64,000 nucleotides of DNA from Eledone cirrhosa (GCA_964016885.1 OZ024740.1:389484001-389548000), one strand, 5' to 3'. Counted from the stretch's first letter, positions 1 through 13,745 are shown. Made by a program: numbers and translations. The notes: a model not told the origin generated them from the sequence alone.

Positions 1-1454
1 AACCTCAATGCGGTCGTTCAACAGGTTAGAAATATCAAAATTTAGCATACACTTAAATACGTGCGCATTACATAATGAAGTCCTACATAATATAGTCCCT
101 AAAAAGATGGGGTGACCCTAGCAATAACACCGTTTACCATAACTTTGTTAATTATCCTGGTGTTAAACAACAACACTTCAACAAAACTGTTTTAATTACA
201 CACTAAACAAAAAGTATAATTAAACATTTCTAGAGGAAACACGTCAGCTGCTTTTTCAAATCGTTGTTGAATGTAGAAAACCGGTTACGTTCTAACGCCC
301 CAAATATACTAGGTCAGAAACGGAACGATAAACATTTTATCTCCGCCCAGGAGATGAGCTAAAAACGTGACCAGCTTACTACCAACAGACTGTTAAGGAG
401 GGAAATTCAAATTTTTAACATGTTGACATTGTTGTCTAAACTAGTTTGAATGTTTATTTTTGTTATCACTCCTGGCTATGATAATTGAAACCAGATGTGA
501 TTCTTTAATATATATACATTGTGTTTGAGAAAAAGGAGAGAAGAGGAGATATGAATGGTAATAAATGTATGACTCCAGATGAGATATAAAACGGTTGCTA
601 GTATTTCTGCTTTCTAAATAAATAGCATGAAATTCGAACATGCCAGAGAGCGGTTTTAAAATATGAAAGTGTGGAATATGAATGACAAGTATTTGAATAT
701 CAAACTTTAACATGCATACACCAATAAAGCAATTGGACAATAATTTTGTTTAAAGGGTCAGAAAGAATAATTTTTTTAACTTCTACAGAGGTCATTTGGA
801 AAAGATGGGTAATTAGTATTATACATGAGCTCAATCCCAGAGTAGTATTCCTATTTATTCTAATGAAGTTTAAAGGAATAAAAAGAGAGTTAACCGTGCC
901 CCGTTTCAGTGTCTCAGACTGGTAGGAGGAAGTTGTTCTCAGACAAGGCTCGAATGTCAGCATCAAAGTAAGGACAAAGTAATCTGGGTGACTGATACTA
1001 TCTTCACCTGTTTAATCTCCATTAAAAACATTGTTAGTTTTTTTTTTAACAGACCCTCACCTTCAGGAGCAATAAAACAGAAGTTACCGATAGAAGGCGT
1101 TTTGTTAACGGTATTTTTAACAAGTTTTTAGTTATACATTACATGTATATACAAAGTACTTCTAAGCGGCAATTCGACCCGTTAGAAATAGTAGCCAAAT
1201 CTTTAAATCACATCCAATGATTTTAAAAATGAAAATATATAAACAATATGGTCATAGGTATACAGAAAGACGGGATGGTCACAATTGGGGCACGTTTGAT
1301 AGGTGTGCTCAACCAGAGTATGTCTAGAGTTTAATAATCGACAACATGCTAACAGTTAAAATATCATAGGAAGGGGTACAAAAAATATGTACCAATAGGT
1401 TTAAGTCTTCCAGAATGTTTAAGTTAATTTTAATCTAAATAAAAAGATACCAAC

Positions 1455-2032
1455 CCAAACATTATTAGAATCTGCCATCTGTTCGTAGGCTTTTCGTAGT
1501 TGACAGACTGACGGATATATATTCTTTTCATCGTCGTTGGAAATATCGGATTCGGAATTGCAATCGGAGCCGACATGGGTTGTGATGGAATTTAAGTGCC
1601 TCGAGGGTGTCAGACAAGAATCATTACAATAACTGAGTGTGTAAAACACGGAAGAGCCATCGCTTAAATGTTGGGAGGGCGAATAACTAGTTATAGTTAA
1701 TGGTTTGATGTTGAGGTTTGCTCTATGGACTGGCGGATGTTGGACATAGTCAAAAATACGTTTAGGCTTTGTTGAAGAATTATTGGGTTTTGTTGAAAAG
1801 CAGACAATGCTGGAGCAAGATGTATCAAGAATATCTGTGATATCAGATTGAGAAGTGAATGATAGTGACCAGGAAGGGGTTTCAAAGTGTGCTAGACTAC
1901 CGGTTCGAATAGGTGAAGAGGCAACGGGGGTTAAAGAGCTCAAAACAGTGTTTTGTTCTGAGCTGTAATAGTCATTATCCTCGTAGAAACTATCATTTAA
2001 CATCTTGAACAAATTCATAACCGAAATAATGT
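1455..2032 (-). CDS. Candidate coding exon of an unknown Ser/Thr-rich host protein
   Basis: 215-aa stop-free ORF in AT-rich DNA. A polypyrimidine tract + TAG acceptor (ctttcattcttttcttcaaaccatag) ends at 2033, there is an in-frame ATG at 2018, and a possible GTTGGT donor at 1454. No recognisable domain. Confidence 0.35.
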
Positions 2033-2111
2033 CTATGGTTTGAAGAAAAGAATGAAAGCTAAGCAAAATGTTCAGTGATAATCCGATTTTTTTTTTTAAA
2101 TAACATGAAAA

Positions 2112-2156
<45 letters not shown>

Positions 2157-2760
2157 GGCAAAATTAAATAGATTAAAAAAGAAAAAAAATGGAAACAGAG
2201 GCTAGTTTAGAAATGATAAACAGAAAATATATTGTTGAAAAAAAACACATTTAACTTAGATACAAAAACAAAATTTAATGAAACAAATGGCTATCAGCAA
2301 AATTCAATTAGATGTGCAATTAACGGGGGGGGGGGGGGGATAACTAAAATTAGAAAAACTAAACTTAACCAAATTAAAGGAATAAAGACAACAGAATTAA
2401 GTATTTAAAATCGACATATTTAAAAAGAGACATAAATAAATACGCTAAAACTAATGAATTGAAATTATGAGCATTATTTACAAGTTTTTCGGTTTTCGAA
2501 ATGAAACAAAACACCCGAGACAGTTAAAAATGTTTGAAAATTTAAGAGTGTTTGAAATAAATATAAGATGTTATAATAATGATTAAGTAGTCTACTACTA
2601 AAGCGGATAATAAAAGCAGTGAAGGTAATAAAAAATATATTACAGCTAGACCAGTATAAACGAGTGAGAAAGATGCTTCAACATAAAACAATCTCTAATA
2701 ATCCACCGTAATTTATATCAACAGCAACATCTTTTTTGCATATTATAATAACTCTTTCCA

Positions 2761-2788
2761 ACTTACCCGTGTTTCTTCGTCCATGGTG
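2761..2788 (-). CDS. Candidate first coding micro-exon (MDEETR)
   Basis: Minus strand reads caccATG GAC GAA GAA ACA CGG|GTAAGT: Kozak-like start plus a consensus splice donor. Confidence 0.3.
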
Positions 2789-3534
2789 AAATATCAAGAA
2801 TGTACTTGAATTCCTGTGGTCGATTCGCGTTGATTTATAATAAGCAATAAATTAGAAAAGAATTTGAATTATATTCGAGATAACAATAAACGGAAGCGAA
2901 TAAGAAATTAAGCTTCCAACTCTGAATTCAAACTTAGCGCCGGTTGACGGTGTTGACGACGGAAATATTATTCGGTAGTTTCCGGAGAAATTTTCGTAAA
3001 GCTATCTACCGAGAAGAAAGGGAAATTAAATTAAGTGGTTAAAAAATTAATATTTTTAAAAATAATATAATTGTCGTTTAAAATTTTAAGTAGAATCTAT
3101 TGAAATTTAAGTAGATATCCCCAAAATATATGATCGCTTATCTTCGGTAATGCCCGCCAGTTGGTTCTTTCAAAACAGTTTGATGACGGTTGTTACTTTC
3201 AGTGACGTATAAGGAAGTTGTTTGTGTTGTTCAGCAGTGACCATCCCACCTGTTTCGTATGTGCAGAGAACACATACTCCAACGTGTGCTTTTTTGGCTG
3301 CTATTTCTAGTAGAGGTTCTGTCAATTACTCGCGTGTATGGAAGTCGTTACGATTTTAGTGGGAAATACTTTTTTTTTTGTGTGCTATAAACTAATTTGA
3401 CCTCCAGCATGTTCGCATTGTTTTGTTGGTTTTTTTTTTGCCTTTTAATTTTCGCATGTTATCAACGAATATGATCTCCAAAGTAGTCGGAAACGATTAA
3501 CTTTGTAATAAAAAAAAAGAGGGTGGAAAGACGG

Positions 3535-4167
3535 TCTTACACGGGCCATTATTGCTACTTTCACCCATCTTTCATGGAATTGGCTGGGACTGAGTGCCTT
3601 TTTCCACCTTGATCCTTCTTTCGAAGTGGTATCGGAAGAAGAGGACCATTTGTTGGCCGGCGACATATCCCCACAGTTTCCTCGTTGCAAACGCATCTGG
3701 GACATTTCTTTTCCAAGGGGTTTCCGTCCCGGAATCCGTGTCTGTAGAGCCTTTCCCGAACGGGCAGGGCCCCTCGGTATAATAATAAGTATTAGTGGTT
3801 GTAATAAAAATGCAATCAAAATGTAATAAATGGTCCTCTTCTTCCGATACCACTTCGAAAGAAGGATCAAGGTGGAGAAAAAGGCACTCAGTCCCAGCCA
3901 ATTCCATGAAAGATGGGTGAAAGTAGCAATAATGACCCGTGTAAGTGGGCCATCTCTCTATATCAGCTTGTACAGGTAAGAGAAGAAGGGAGCACCCCCC
4001 CCCTCTCTCTGTGCTCCCTGGCAGAAAGGTCGCACACTTTCTACGGGGGTGTGTGTGACCCCAAAAGGCTAATAAATCGCAAAAAACAAACAAACAAACA
4101 AAAAAGGGGCAAATAAAGAAATCTATGCCCCAGTGGCAAATAAATCGAAAAAAAAAAAAAAAAAAAA
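3535..4167. mobile_element. L1/Tx1-clade LINE 3' end with inverted duplication
   Basis: Minus 3777->3535 encodes RGALPVRERLYRHG..KCPRC..EETV (zf-RVT-like C-terminus) and ..FHERWVKVA. Plus 3827-4167 repeats ~115 bp of this in inverted orientation and ends in AATAAA + poly(A). Confidence 0.7.
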
Positions 4168-5055
4168 TCTATATTTCTTTTAACGGCTAAAAAAAGGGGG
4201 AATGTAAATTTACATTGAAGTAAGCAGCAACTGCAGCAAGTAAGCGGCATTTAGGCAGCTAAAATTGGATATCGCCAAATAATTATTTCCCACCAAACGC
4301 GAGATAGGTGTAAATCTGCGAAACTCCTTTTTCTACAAAGTTAGTCGTTTTCTGGGTAAATAAAAGTCGATTGCGGGCATGTTGGAGGTCAGATGAGTTT
4401 ATAGCACAGGGGGAAAAAAAAACAAAGAAAAACGAGGAACAAAAGGTATTTTCCACTGAAATCGGCGGGATGGTTGTTCTAGAAATTTACCTTTTCTTTA
4501 ATCATTATCAAAGATAATTTAATTTTAAACATTTTTTTTTTTATAAATCCTTCTGAATTTAGACGCGGAAATACTTTTGCGGTCTTGTCCTTGGGGCGCA
4601 GGCCAAAAACTGCCGCGCTCTCCGCCCATAGGCTATCACCATCCCCATACCCCTTCAATTCTTCTGTGACCCTAGAGCCCTTGCCTTTCCCTTCCTTTTC
4701 CGTTTTTAAATATTAATAAAGTTTATATATATATATAAAATTTACAAAATATTTATGTTCATGCATATTATGATATTTCCTTTTCTTTTACTAATATATC
4801 TTTCAGAATTTACATTGGCAGATTAATCAGGTGTCGTTTGTTTTCATTTTATTTACGACGAAAGAGCAGAATCAGTAGAGCATCAAACAAAATGCGCTGC
4901 GGCATTTAGTTATGGCACTTTACATTCTTTTCAGGGTCAGTATAATCGACTTTCCTCTCCTCCTAAAACTGCTGGCCTAATACCTAAGTTATAAACTACG
5001 GTGATTGCTGTCTACTTAAAACGAAAGAATGCCTATATTTTTTATATTTTTGACG

Positions 5056-7060
5056 TCTCTACTCGTGCCCAGACTGAATCTCCCTGCGTGATGCGCACCT
5101 GTTTCGCGTCTGGCCAGAGAACGTAAAACCCACACACTTATTCGCACATGTCATAACATACGCCCGCACTTTACTGCGGTACGCAGACCTAGAGGGCGAC
5201 ACGGCCCAAACTTCCGACGTGATGTCATTGGCCCCTCACTTCCAGCAAGACTGCCTCTGCACTTCCGGCTCCCTATCCGCACCACTCCACCTATCTCAAA
5301 GATCATCCCATCATCTCACTCCATGTTAAATTTCGCTGTCCACTTAGGTGAGCGGCGTCCCCGTTGAGATCCCCACAAAGCGGGGATGAGGCTTTTATTT
5401 TCGTCTCTGAAGTCCATCAAATTTATGACTCTGCGGACATCCAAGACGTGACGCGGTATTCCATCCATAGACACGTTGTTTCAGGAATTTACACCCATTA
5501 CTGTTCTCTTTCCCCCATTGAGATGTGCAGCGCGCATTTAGGGGATCGACTCATACTTCGTCTACCACCTTCCCTCTCACGTCCACAGGTCTTTTGTAAT
5601 GACGTGCACGGATGTCGCCATTCATATCTGTATATCACCCTGTGACATCGACCGGAGCGACATATTGTACCTGAACACTTTCTCCATTGGTGAAATGTGT
5701 CCCCTCTCCGCCATTGTCTTGATCGTGCGACTGTGTCTCTCCACGATCCCATTCCACTCGTTGTTTATGCCGCTCACATTTCACCCACCTCCTCCTGCAC
5801 CTCCGAGCGAAATGCCGTGCAGAAGGAGGTGGGTGGAATGTGAGCGGCATCAACAATTCATTCAAAGGGCCCCGCTCCAGGAATATCTCTCAGCCTCCGT
5901 GCGATTTCCTCCGCAGTCCTCGTCTATATCTCCCTCCATATCGCCATCCGCCCCGGTCAATAGTAGATCATTGAGGGATACGTCCCCTATCGGTAGTGTG
6001 TCACACCCACGGTCAATCGCTTCCAGTTGTGCTCCACTGGGATATTACCCGTCTCGTGCACGCCAAGCGCGGTAAGGTGGGAATCGACTTTCCTGGCTAA
6101 GAACAGGGTCCTATCCACTCCCATGTGATGCCTGGCATGCAACCTCCTCAACTCAGAGTCACTTAGCCGACACGCTGCATCTATCGCCTTTTCAGAATCC
6201 TCTGGCACTTCCAGTTAGGCTTTCTTTCCCTCACTTGATTAGGATGTCCGCCATATTTCTTTCCGATGGCACAAAGACCACGCTCAACTTCAGGCATAGC
6301 TCTCCCAGAATTCCCAGGCGACGCTTCATTAGCATCTTTGCCGCCCTTTTTGTCCCCACCCTCCTATCGCTGGTAAGCACTGATCTCACCCATCAAGTAC
6401 AGTAGCCAAATCAGTACGAATATCTATAGCGTGCAGCCTCCATCTCAGGGCAAGATTCACTCCCTTCAATTCGGCCACGTTGATGTGGTCGCACTCCTCT
6501 TTTTCCCCGAGCCAGGATGCCCTCAACCTCAACACCCCCTATTTCCAGAACGACCCATCGCGCTATGCTGCTTGCATCACACCATACGGTCCCGTTCTCC
6601 GACTGGCTTCCTCATACTGGGTCTTCCGCCTTTAACCTCTCTAGATCTCCCACATCGTGGCTACCATCCTCTCTCCCACCCTGTCTCCCCAGCTCACCCC
6701 GTTTGTTCGTCTCTTGACATAGATGCGTTCTGTTCGGAGTTACTCCGCGATTGGATAGTGACCCACCAATTTTCCACACATCGAGAAAAGTTCTCGTCTG
6801 GCCATGCCGGTGCCTCGTTCTGGGACTTCATTTCCTCTCCGAAATACCTGTGTGATGCTCACCTGCTTCGTGTCTGGCCAGAGAACAGCAAAATTCGCAC
6901 ATGTCATAACAAAATGTCCACACTCTACTGCGGCACACAGACCATGAGGGAGATACGGCCCGCACTTCCGACGTGATATCAGTGGTTCCTTGCTTTCGGC
7001 ATGACTGCCCCTGCACTTCCAGCTTCCTAGCCACAGAATTTTATAAACGACTAGACTACC
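5056..7060 (-). mobile_element. Degenerate Gypsy-type LTR retrotransposon remnant
   Basis: Fragments translate as RNaseH/integrase junction (ELRRLHARHHMGVDRTLFLARK), integrase core (NGIVERH..IKTMAER) and C-terminus (NNVSMDGIPRHVLDVRRV). Diverged direct repeats at ~5090-5275 and ~6850-7030 (probable LTRs). A related fragment lies at 51656-51810. Confidence 0.7.
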
Positions 7061-8224
7061 CGTGACCTGTTGGGTCACGTTCACTTAAAAATATTTTTTT
7101 TTAAATCATGTTTACTTCAAAATAATTTTTAAATAATTAAAATATACACAGACATCTCTTTCAATCTACTCTCTCACAACCACTATCTTTTTCTCTCTAT
7201 CTTTCTCTCTCTATTTATGAAGATGCCCGGAAAAAACCCGTATCTCGAGAACCCGTGCTCTGATTTACGCGAAACTTGTTTTATTCCATTTGTATCCCCA
7301 TTTCAGGGGCAACTTCCTTTCAGAGTATTTTGTCATTATGCGCCGTTTTGGCTGTATTACATTACAGACAAGATACAATCACAGAGTTTTAGTAGTATCT
7401 AGGTTGATGTTATCGTTATGGCCAGCTATATACACACTCTCTCAAACACATATATATATGGTAATCAATTACATTAGCCCGAAATAAGAAAATGATAAAT
7501 GTCTTGTATGATTCATTCAATTTGGGGTTGGTTTTCGAATTCCACCTAAATTACAGCAATAGCAACAACTGCACAGAATGCAAGAATAACAACAGTATAT
7601 TCAGTAGCAGCCAACAAGCTAAATAGAAGCAGCAAAAGTGTTTTGACGTGAGTGATTTTCCGGATTTGCCAGGCACAAAGGTGAACATCAACAGAGGCAA
7701 TGGAAGCGAGAATAGCACCTCACCACCACCAACAACAAAAATACTACCAAGGATGGCTCTTTCGTAGGTATTACAGGTTTACATGATACAAAAGTTTGCA
7801 AATTTGGGTAAAGCGGAAATATTTCGTAGACCGGCATCAGGGTGGTTTTGGCTATTCCGTCAATGTTTCCTCAGGAAAAACAAAGTTTACCTTCATAGCG
7901 AGACTGGTGTAATTGTAAAGAAAATTTTGAGTGTGCCTTCACTAAAAAACGAATAATTTCTGGTGATTTTGAACGTTAGAGTCATTCTAAACACTAAAAA
8001 CTATAGGACAAATATAAATTTCAGTTTCAAAGCTAGACGGGTGTAATTGTAAAAATCTACCGAAAAACCCCAGGGAAATACTCATTTATAGGTGTCTGGC
8101 GTCTGGAAGTAAGAACATTGACATCATTCCAAACGTCCAAATGGAAAAATGTCTGAGTGGCATCTGGAACAATACAAAAGTCAAGCAATATGGCAGTGTC
8201 TGTGAGATTACATTCAGAGAAACC

Positions 8225-10394
8225 TATAACATGGTGACTGGGTTGTATGTACAATGTTTATTTAACAAGGTTGAGCTATGTAGAGCAGAATAGTTGACAT
8301 GCCAAGAGAGATGAAAGGATGAATTAAAGTTAGTTGTTTACCGTTTTGAAGTCAGCACGCAAGAGACCAAGAGGTCTTTACATTACCATGTTCAGGTTGC
8401 CAGAGAGTATACACTCGGCGGAACGCGCCTGGCGCCTGGCCGAAGGGCCAGGCAGGTTAAAAGAGAAGGAGATAGCTTTCAGCTCTCTCCTTTATAGGGT
8501 CCCTGGACGGAGGTGACAAAGAAGGTTCTGCCACCTCAACGGGAAGTAACTCCAGCTACTTCCTGTCTAGAGAGCGCTACTGGTGATGTGATCGTCATAA
8601 CAAGGGAGGCAACTCTTGCTACATTATCTCCCGCCAGATTTTTAAAACATAAAAATCGAATCAATCATGTATGAAGTAAGATGGCGAGCATGTAACACCA
8701 AAGTCCAGGCATGAAAATTACAAAAAAATAATGTTTGCAATAAAAGCAAAACAGCAAAATATAAGCATGCAAAAATCAATGATAGATATCAAGGTAGCCA
8801 ACCGTTCTTGGTCAGAGAACGACTGGACATCTATCTATCCATCACACAAAGATACAATGTAATCAATCTAAAAGAAGAGGTCAATGGAGCAAAGAAACAT
8901 AGTTATTAAAAATAAGGTTCAAATGTTCAAAATACAGTTCACAGGTGACAGCAGGAAAGAAAGTGTGTCCTCCAGAGAATGTATGCAGGTGGTTTCTTGA
9001 CTGTGGTACAACGTAAAATTCCCAACCTCCGAAGGCGGTAGGATTTTCTCACAGGAGAGTGCTGCAAAAATAAATTCTGTTTTGTTCTGCTGGTTTTGGT
9101 TGGTGATAAAGCAAAGATGAAGCTGTGTTGTTGTCTCGCGGAGTGAGCCTATTCGATGTTGTTTCCATTCACAGTAAAAAGTTTCCCAGAAAAAATGAGT
9201 TGCGCAAAGTGCTAGAAATAACAGCCAAAGTTGATGGTCGATGTTGAGAACGCGTTGACTTGGATGGGTCAAGAGGCCAGCGACCATAGAAATAATCATT
9301 CTGAATAAATGCGCAGTTTTCAACGGCAAATTTACGTGGTAAATTTTTAAACCGGCAAATAGGAGAATATAGCTTAAGGCTGGAGAATCCTTGGCAAGAA
9401 ACATTATCTATGGCGTGTATTATCTCAGTGAGTCGAGATGTGTGCTCCCACACGTGCCGAAACAAGGTTAAAGTCAAGTTGAAAAAAAAAAATTTCTATT
9501 GCGCGAGAAAATGGCGCGAAAATGATAGTGCAACCATTTTGAAAAATTTGTGTGTGAACGTGACATGATGAAAAAGAAGGAAGGCTATATTCACTTTGTA
9601 TAACAAATATGGCGAGGGTTCACTTTTTTTTGTGAAAGTGATGAAAAAGTAACGAAAAAGGCTTAGTTGAATGAGTAAGCGAGCTGTGATGTTCATCAAA
9701 ATTGACATGTTGAATATAAGAATACAGGAGTCCAAGTCTTTTTGACTGTTCGTTGTGAGACGAACGAAGGATATATCCATTGATTGAAACACATTTAAAC
9801 GATGTAAACACGTGAGGTGAAAAGCAAAATTTTTTCTTGTTTGTTTGCTGCTGAGGAAAAGATTACTTATATTTTTCGTTGTAGACAAAATCCATGTGGA
9901 ATGTTGTTAGAGGAATTTTTTCTTTTTGAAATACTGCTAATTAATTTTCTTTTTTTCATATTCACACAATACCAGATCCTATTATTTTTTTCTCGGGGTC
10001 ACCAATTATAACATGACACTGGGTTGTATGTACAATGTTTATTTAACAAGGTTGAGCTATGTAGAGCAGAATAGTTGACATGCCAAGAGAGATGAAAGGA
10101 TGAATTAAAGTTAGTTGTTTACCGTTTTGAAGTCAGCACGCAAGAGACCAAGAGGTCTTTACATTACCATGTTCAGGTTGCCAGAGAGTATACCCTCGGC
10201 GGAACGCGCCTGGCCGAAGGGCCGGGCAGGTTAAAAGAGGAGATAGCTTTCAGCTTTCTCCTTTATAGGGTCCCTGGACGGAGGTGACAAAGAAGGTTCT
10301 GCCACCTCAACGGGAAGTAACTCCAGCTACTTCCTGTCTAGAGAGCGCTACTGGTGATGTGATCGTCATAACAAGGGAGGCAACTCTTGCTACA
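8225..10394 (-). mobile_element. Non-autonomous LTR retroelement A (LTRs 8225-8623 and 10007-10394)
   Basis: Near-identical ~390 bp direct repeats, 4-bp TSD AACC, PBS TGGTGACCCCGA next to the 5' LTR (~9993-10004), PPT GGCGGGAGATAA before the 3' LTR. No pol recognisable in the 1.4 kb internal region. Confidence 0.9.
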
Positions 10395-10461
10395 AACCTG
10401 CCCACAGGCATTCTCGTGTAGGATTGATGTTTCTGCCTAGAGCCCTACATATTTTGGTAGG

Positions 10462-12341
10462 TTTAGAAGTGTAATAAGATTATGTTATGAGTGTGAATGT
10501 TAATATTCGTATTTGTGTATTGTGTATCAACAGAAGTCACCAGTGAAGCAGTTAAAGGCAATGTTGTAGTAAATAGCATCAGAAGACTTTATAATGTTTT
10601 AATATAATTTATTAACAAAGATTGCGGTATGAGCTACGTTTACTGGGCTGGATGGCGTGCCATAAGAAATGAAATAAACAAAATTAAGGTTTGAGAAGGT
10701 ACGGCCAACTGGCTGAGACGTTAGCCAGGCCTGTAGTGATGTTTTGTCGTTACATATTGTTTATGCTTGAGGAACAAAATCAAGAGGCTGTTACCTTAGC
10801 GATATCGAGCTGCAAAGAGAAAGTGTTTATCGAAAGAAGCGGGAATTTCTCCCTCTGGACGGAAGTTGAGATACATTTCCCTACACTGCTAGCGATTGGC
10901 TGAACTCAATCAAACAACGTACGGAAAGGGTATCAATGCGCCAGAGGAAACTAGCTCGCTACAATACCCCCTATTTAGCCTGGAAGGGCGATAAATAAGA
11001 TTGAATTAGCATTGATTACCAGCAGGAAAACGCTGAAAGAGAGCACATCAATGAAAAAATTGAACAAAAGAATACATGCAAGAAGAAAAATTGTAAATAA
11101 GACGTTAAGGGTCTTGTTGAGCCGCTGTGTCAAATGACTAGCTGTTTTGTTATTTATACGCGACCACCCGGAGTCTAACAGAAAACGGATAAAGTCTGAC
11201 ATGGGCGAAAATTTGCTGTTCTTGCATTAAATGTTAATTGTTATGGTAATTGTTTTACCAGAGCTGTGTAGCTGTTATGGTAAATGTTGTACCAGAGCTG
11301 TGTAGCTGTTGTCAATGATGATGCTGTTCATGTTTTACCAGAGCTGTATAGCTGTATGGCAAATGTAGTACCAGAGCTGTGTAGATGAAGCTGTTATGGT
11401 AAATGTTGTACCAGAGCTGTGTGGATGAAGCTGTTATGGTAATTTACCAGTAGCTGTGTACGGGCAGGTATCTGCATTTGCCGATTATTAATTCCGGTGA
11501 AGAGAGATCCAACGACTCTAAGGATAACTAATGTTGTCGCTGCTGCTGTCAATTTTGTTTATGTTATTGTTGTTGTCGTCGATGGATGCCATGTTGAAAA
11601 ATAAATTTTTTCGTGCTATATTTTTTTTAAATACAGCTAATTTTTCCTCAAAGAATTGTTTTCTTCGGCGAGTTCATTGAAGGCAAACAACGTGATGTCA
11701 TGTTATCGACAAGAAAGTGTTCACATGGTGTGTTGATACAATACAATACAAGAAAGCTTGCGTGTTGTTTTCTTTTTAAAATAGTACTTCTTTTCTTTTT
11801 TAGAGGAACATTTAGTTAGAAAATGTTCCCTCGACGGGGTCACCAATTTAGAAGTGTTTAATAAGATAGATGTTATGTTAATATTTGTATTTGTGTATTG
11901 TGTATCAACAGAAGTCAACAGTGAAGCAGTTAAAGGCAATGTTGTGGTAAATAGCATCAGAAGACTTTATAACGTTTTAATATAATTTATTAACAAAGAT
12001 TGCGAGAAGAGCTACTTTAGCTGGGCTGGATGGCGTGCCATAAGAAATGAAAAAAACAAAATTAAGGTTTGAGAAGGTACGGCCAACTGGCTGAGGCGTT
12101 AGCCAGGCCCGTAGTGATGTTTTGTCGTTACATATTGTTTATGCTTGAGGAACAAAATCAAGAGGCTGTTACCTTAGCGATGTCGAGCTGCAAAGAGAAA
12201 GAATTTATCGAAAAAAGCGGGAATTTCTCCCTCTGGGCGGAATTTGAGATACATTTCCCTACGCTGCTAGCGATTGGCTGAACTCAGCCAAACAACGCAC
12301 GGAAAGGGTATCAATGCGCCAGAGAAAAGTAGCTCGCTACG
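10462..12341 (-). mobile_element. Non-autonomous LTR retroelement B, TRIM-like (LTRs 10462-10963 and 11847-12341)
   Basis: ~500 bp direct repeats, 5-bp TSD GTAGG, PBS TGGTGACCCCG at ~11835-11845, PPT TAGGGGGTAT before the 3' LTR, and a non-coding 0.9 kb interior. Confidence 0.88.
11238..11460. repeat. Internal minisatellite of LTR element B (~33-39 bp unit, ~6 copies)
   Basis: Repeated ttgtaccagagctgtgtagctgttatggtaaatg. Confidence 0.85.
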
Positions 12342-13334
12342 GTAGGTATGTTGTAAGCAGGTGAAAATATAAACATAAATAATATTAAAAGTAGTGTCTG
12401 ACAAATGATAAAATAAACGAAGCCGGTATGGAAAGATATTATATAGATATTTAATGAAATTCCTGAAGCAGGAAAGACGCTAAAGGTTTCAGAGATGAAT
12501 GTTTACAATATGAATTTTTAAAAACTGGTAGTTTATTTTGAGAACCTCGGAAGGACGATAGGGAGACCCGAGCAAAATTTGAACTGGGGGATAAATACTG
12601 AGAGGATATGGCGAGGGTGATACATTTTTAGTATTTCCGTTATTAGAAACTAGGCTTATTGTATTTTGATTATCTAGGGGGGGGGGGATGTTCGCTATAT
12701 TATGTGTACTGGCGGTAGAAGTACATATATATTTTGATTTTCTTCTAATTACTAAAAGTGATATTCTAAGATTTCGAGAGGTTTCAAGGAAACTGGCCTC
12801 CCGTTGCAAAGAAAGGCTAAAATGCATGTGGGAAGGAGATATATTTGTACAACACTCACGAGCGTATCTATGAATATCTGTGTAGGCATGTCAGTCCGTC
12901 TTTTTCTCTGTCTCTCTTTTTATATTATATTTTATTATATATATATATAAAATAAAGTACCAGTAATACACTGTTTAATTGCTGGCCTTGTGCCAAAAGT
13001 AGAAACAATTATATATATATAGTTCTGGTATGTCAAATTAATACCATAGAACAACCACTGTATCATAGACACCCTATATATTCCCAGGGGTACTTAGTAC
13101 CTGTGGGGATATTAACTTCTTTTAATATTCTCCGTTATGTAGAGAACAAATCTGTTGTTTTATTTAGCTGCTATTTTTAGTGGCGAAATAGACAATACGT
13201 CTATGTTTACTTCCGCTTCTACTAAGGGCTGGTTCATGCATAGGTCAAATTTACGGCCCCATTCGATCCTGTGCTAGCTGGCAGATGGCAATATATTTTG
13301 CCGTTCCTGGGACTTCTGTCCTAGGTAAGGAAAA

Positions 13335-13417
13335 TGTTCTCTGATGATCTGAACATTTCCATTGGAAGCTCCTAGGGATCTCCAATCTTTTGTGAAGTGA
13401 AACCGTCGGTAAAAGCA
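13335..13417 (+). ncRNA. Type I hammerhead ribozyme in a pLTR-like unit (13020-13500)
   Basis: tgttct CTGATGA [stem II with attgga/tccaat] GAAA ccgtcg GTA aaagca. Core intact, one mismatch in stem I. Confidence 0.65.
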
Positions 13418-13701
13418 AATGGAATAGGTAAATATTTAAATTATATTTTTTAATTTATTTAAAAAAATTGTTTGAATCTTGCTTGCTCCGCCTATCTCAA
13501 TATTATATATATATATATATATATACATATATATATGTATATATATGTATATGTATATATATAAAAGAAATAAGAGATTTCGCTTCAAGCATAGCTTTAT
13601 TCAATATGTATAGAGATTTCGTATTTCTAAAGAAATACGGTTTTAGGAAGCCGTAGCTACGCAAATACCTTCTGGTAGTGTCCAGCAGAAGCAAGGGGGC
13701 A

Positions 13702-13745
13702 ATCGTCTATGCATTTCAGGCTTCACTGGCCTTCGTTAGGACGAT
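13702..13745 (-). ncRNA. Hammerhead ribozyme, core-mutated copy (CUAACGA)
   Basis: Reverse complement atcgtc CTAACGA aggc..gcct GAAA tgca TA gacgat. Stems are perfect, but the G5A change is predicted to inactivate it. Confidence 0.75.

Noticed and set aside
7212-7290. ATGAAGA..GAAACTTGTT hammerhead-like motif
   Set aside because: Core is altered and there is no stem I.
10691-12281. Duplicated 70-aa ORF
   Set aside because: Lies inside the two LTRs of element B and has a TTG start; the duplication is explained by the LTRs.
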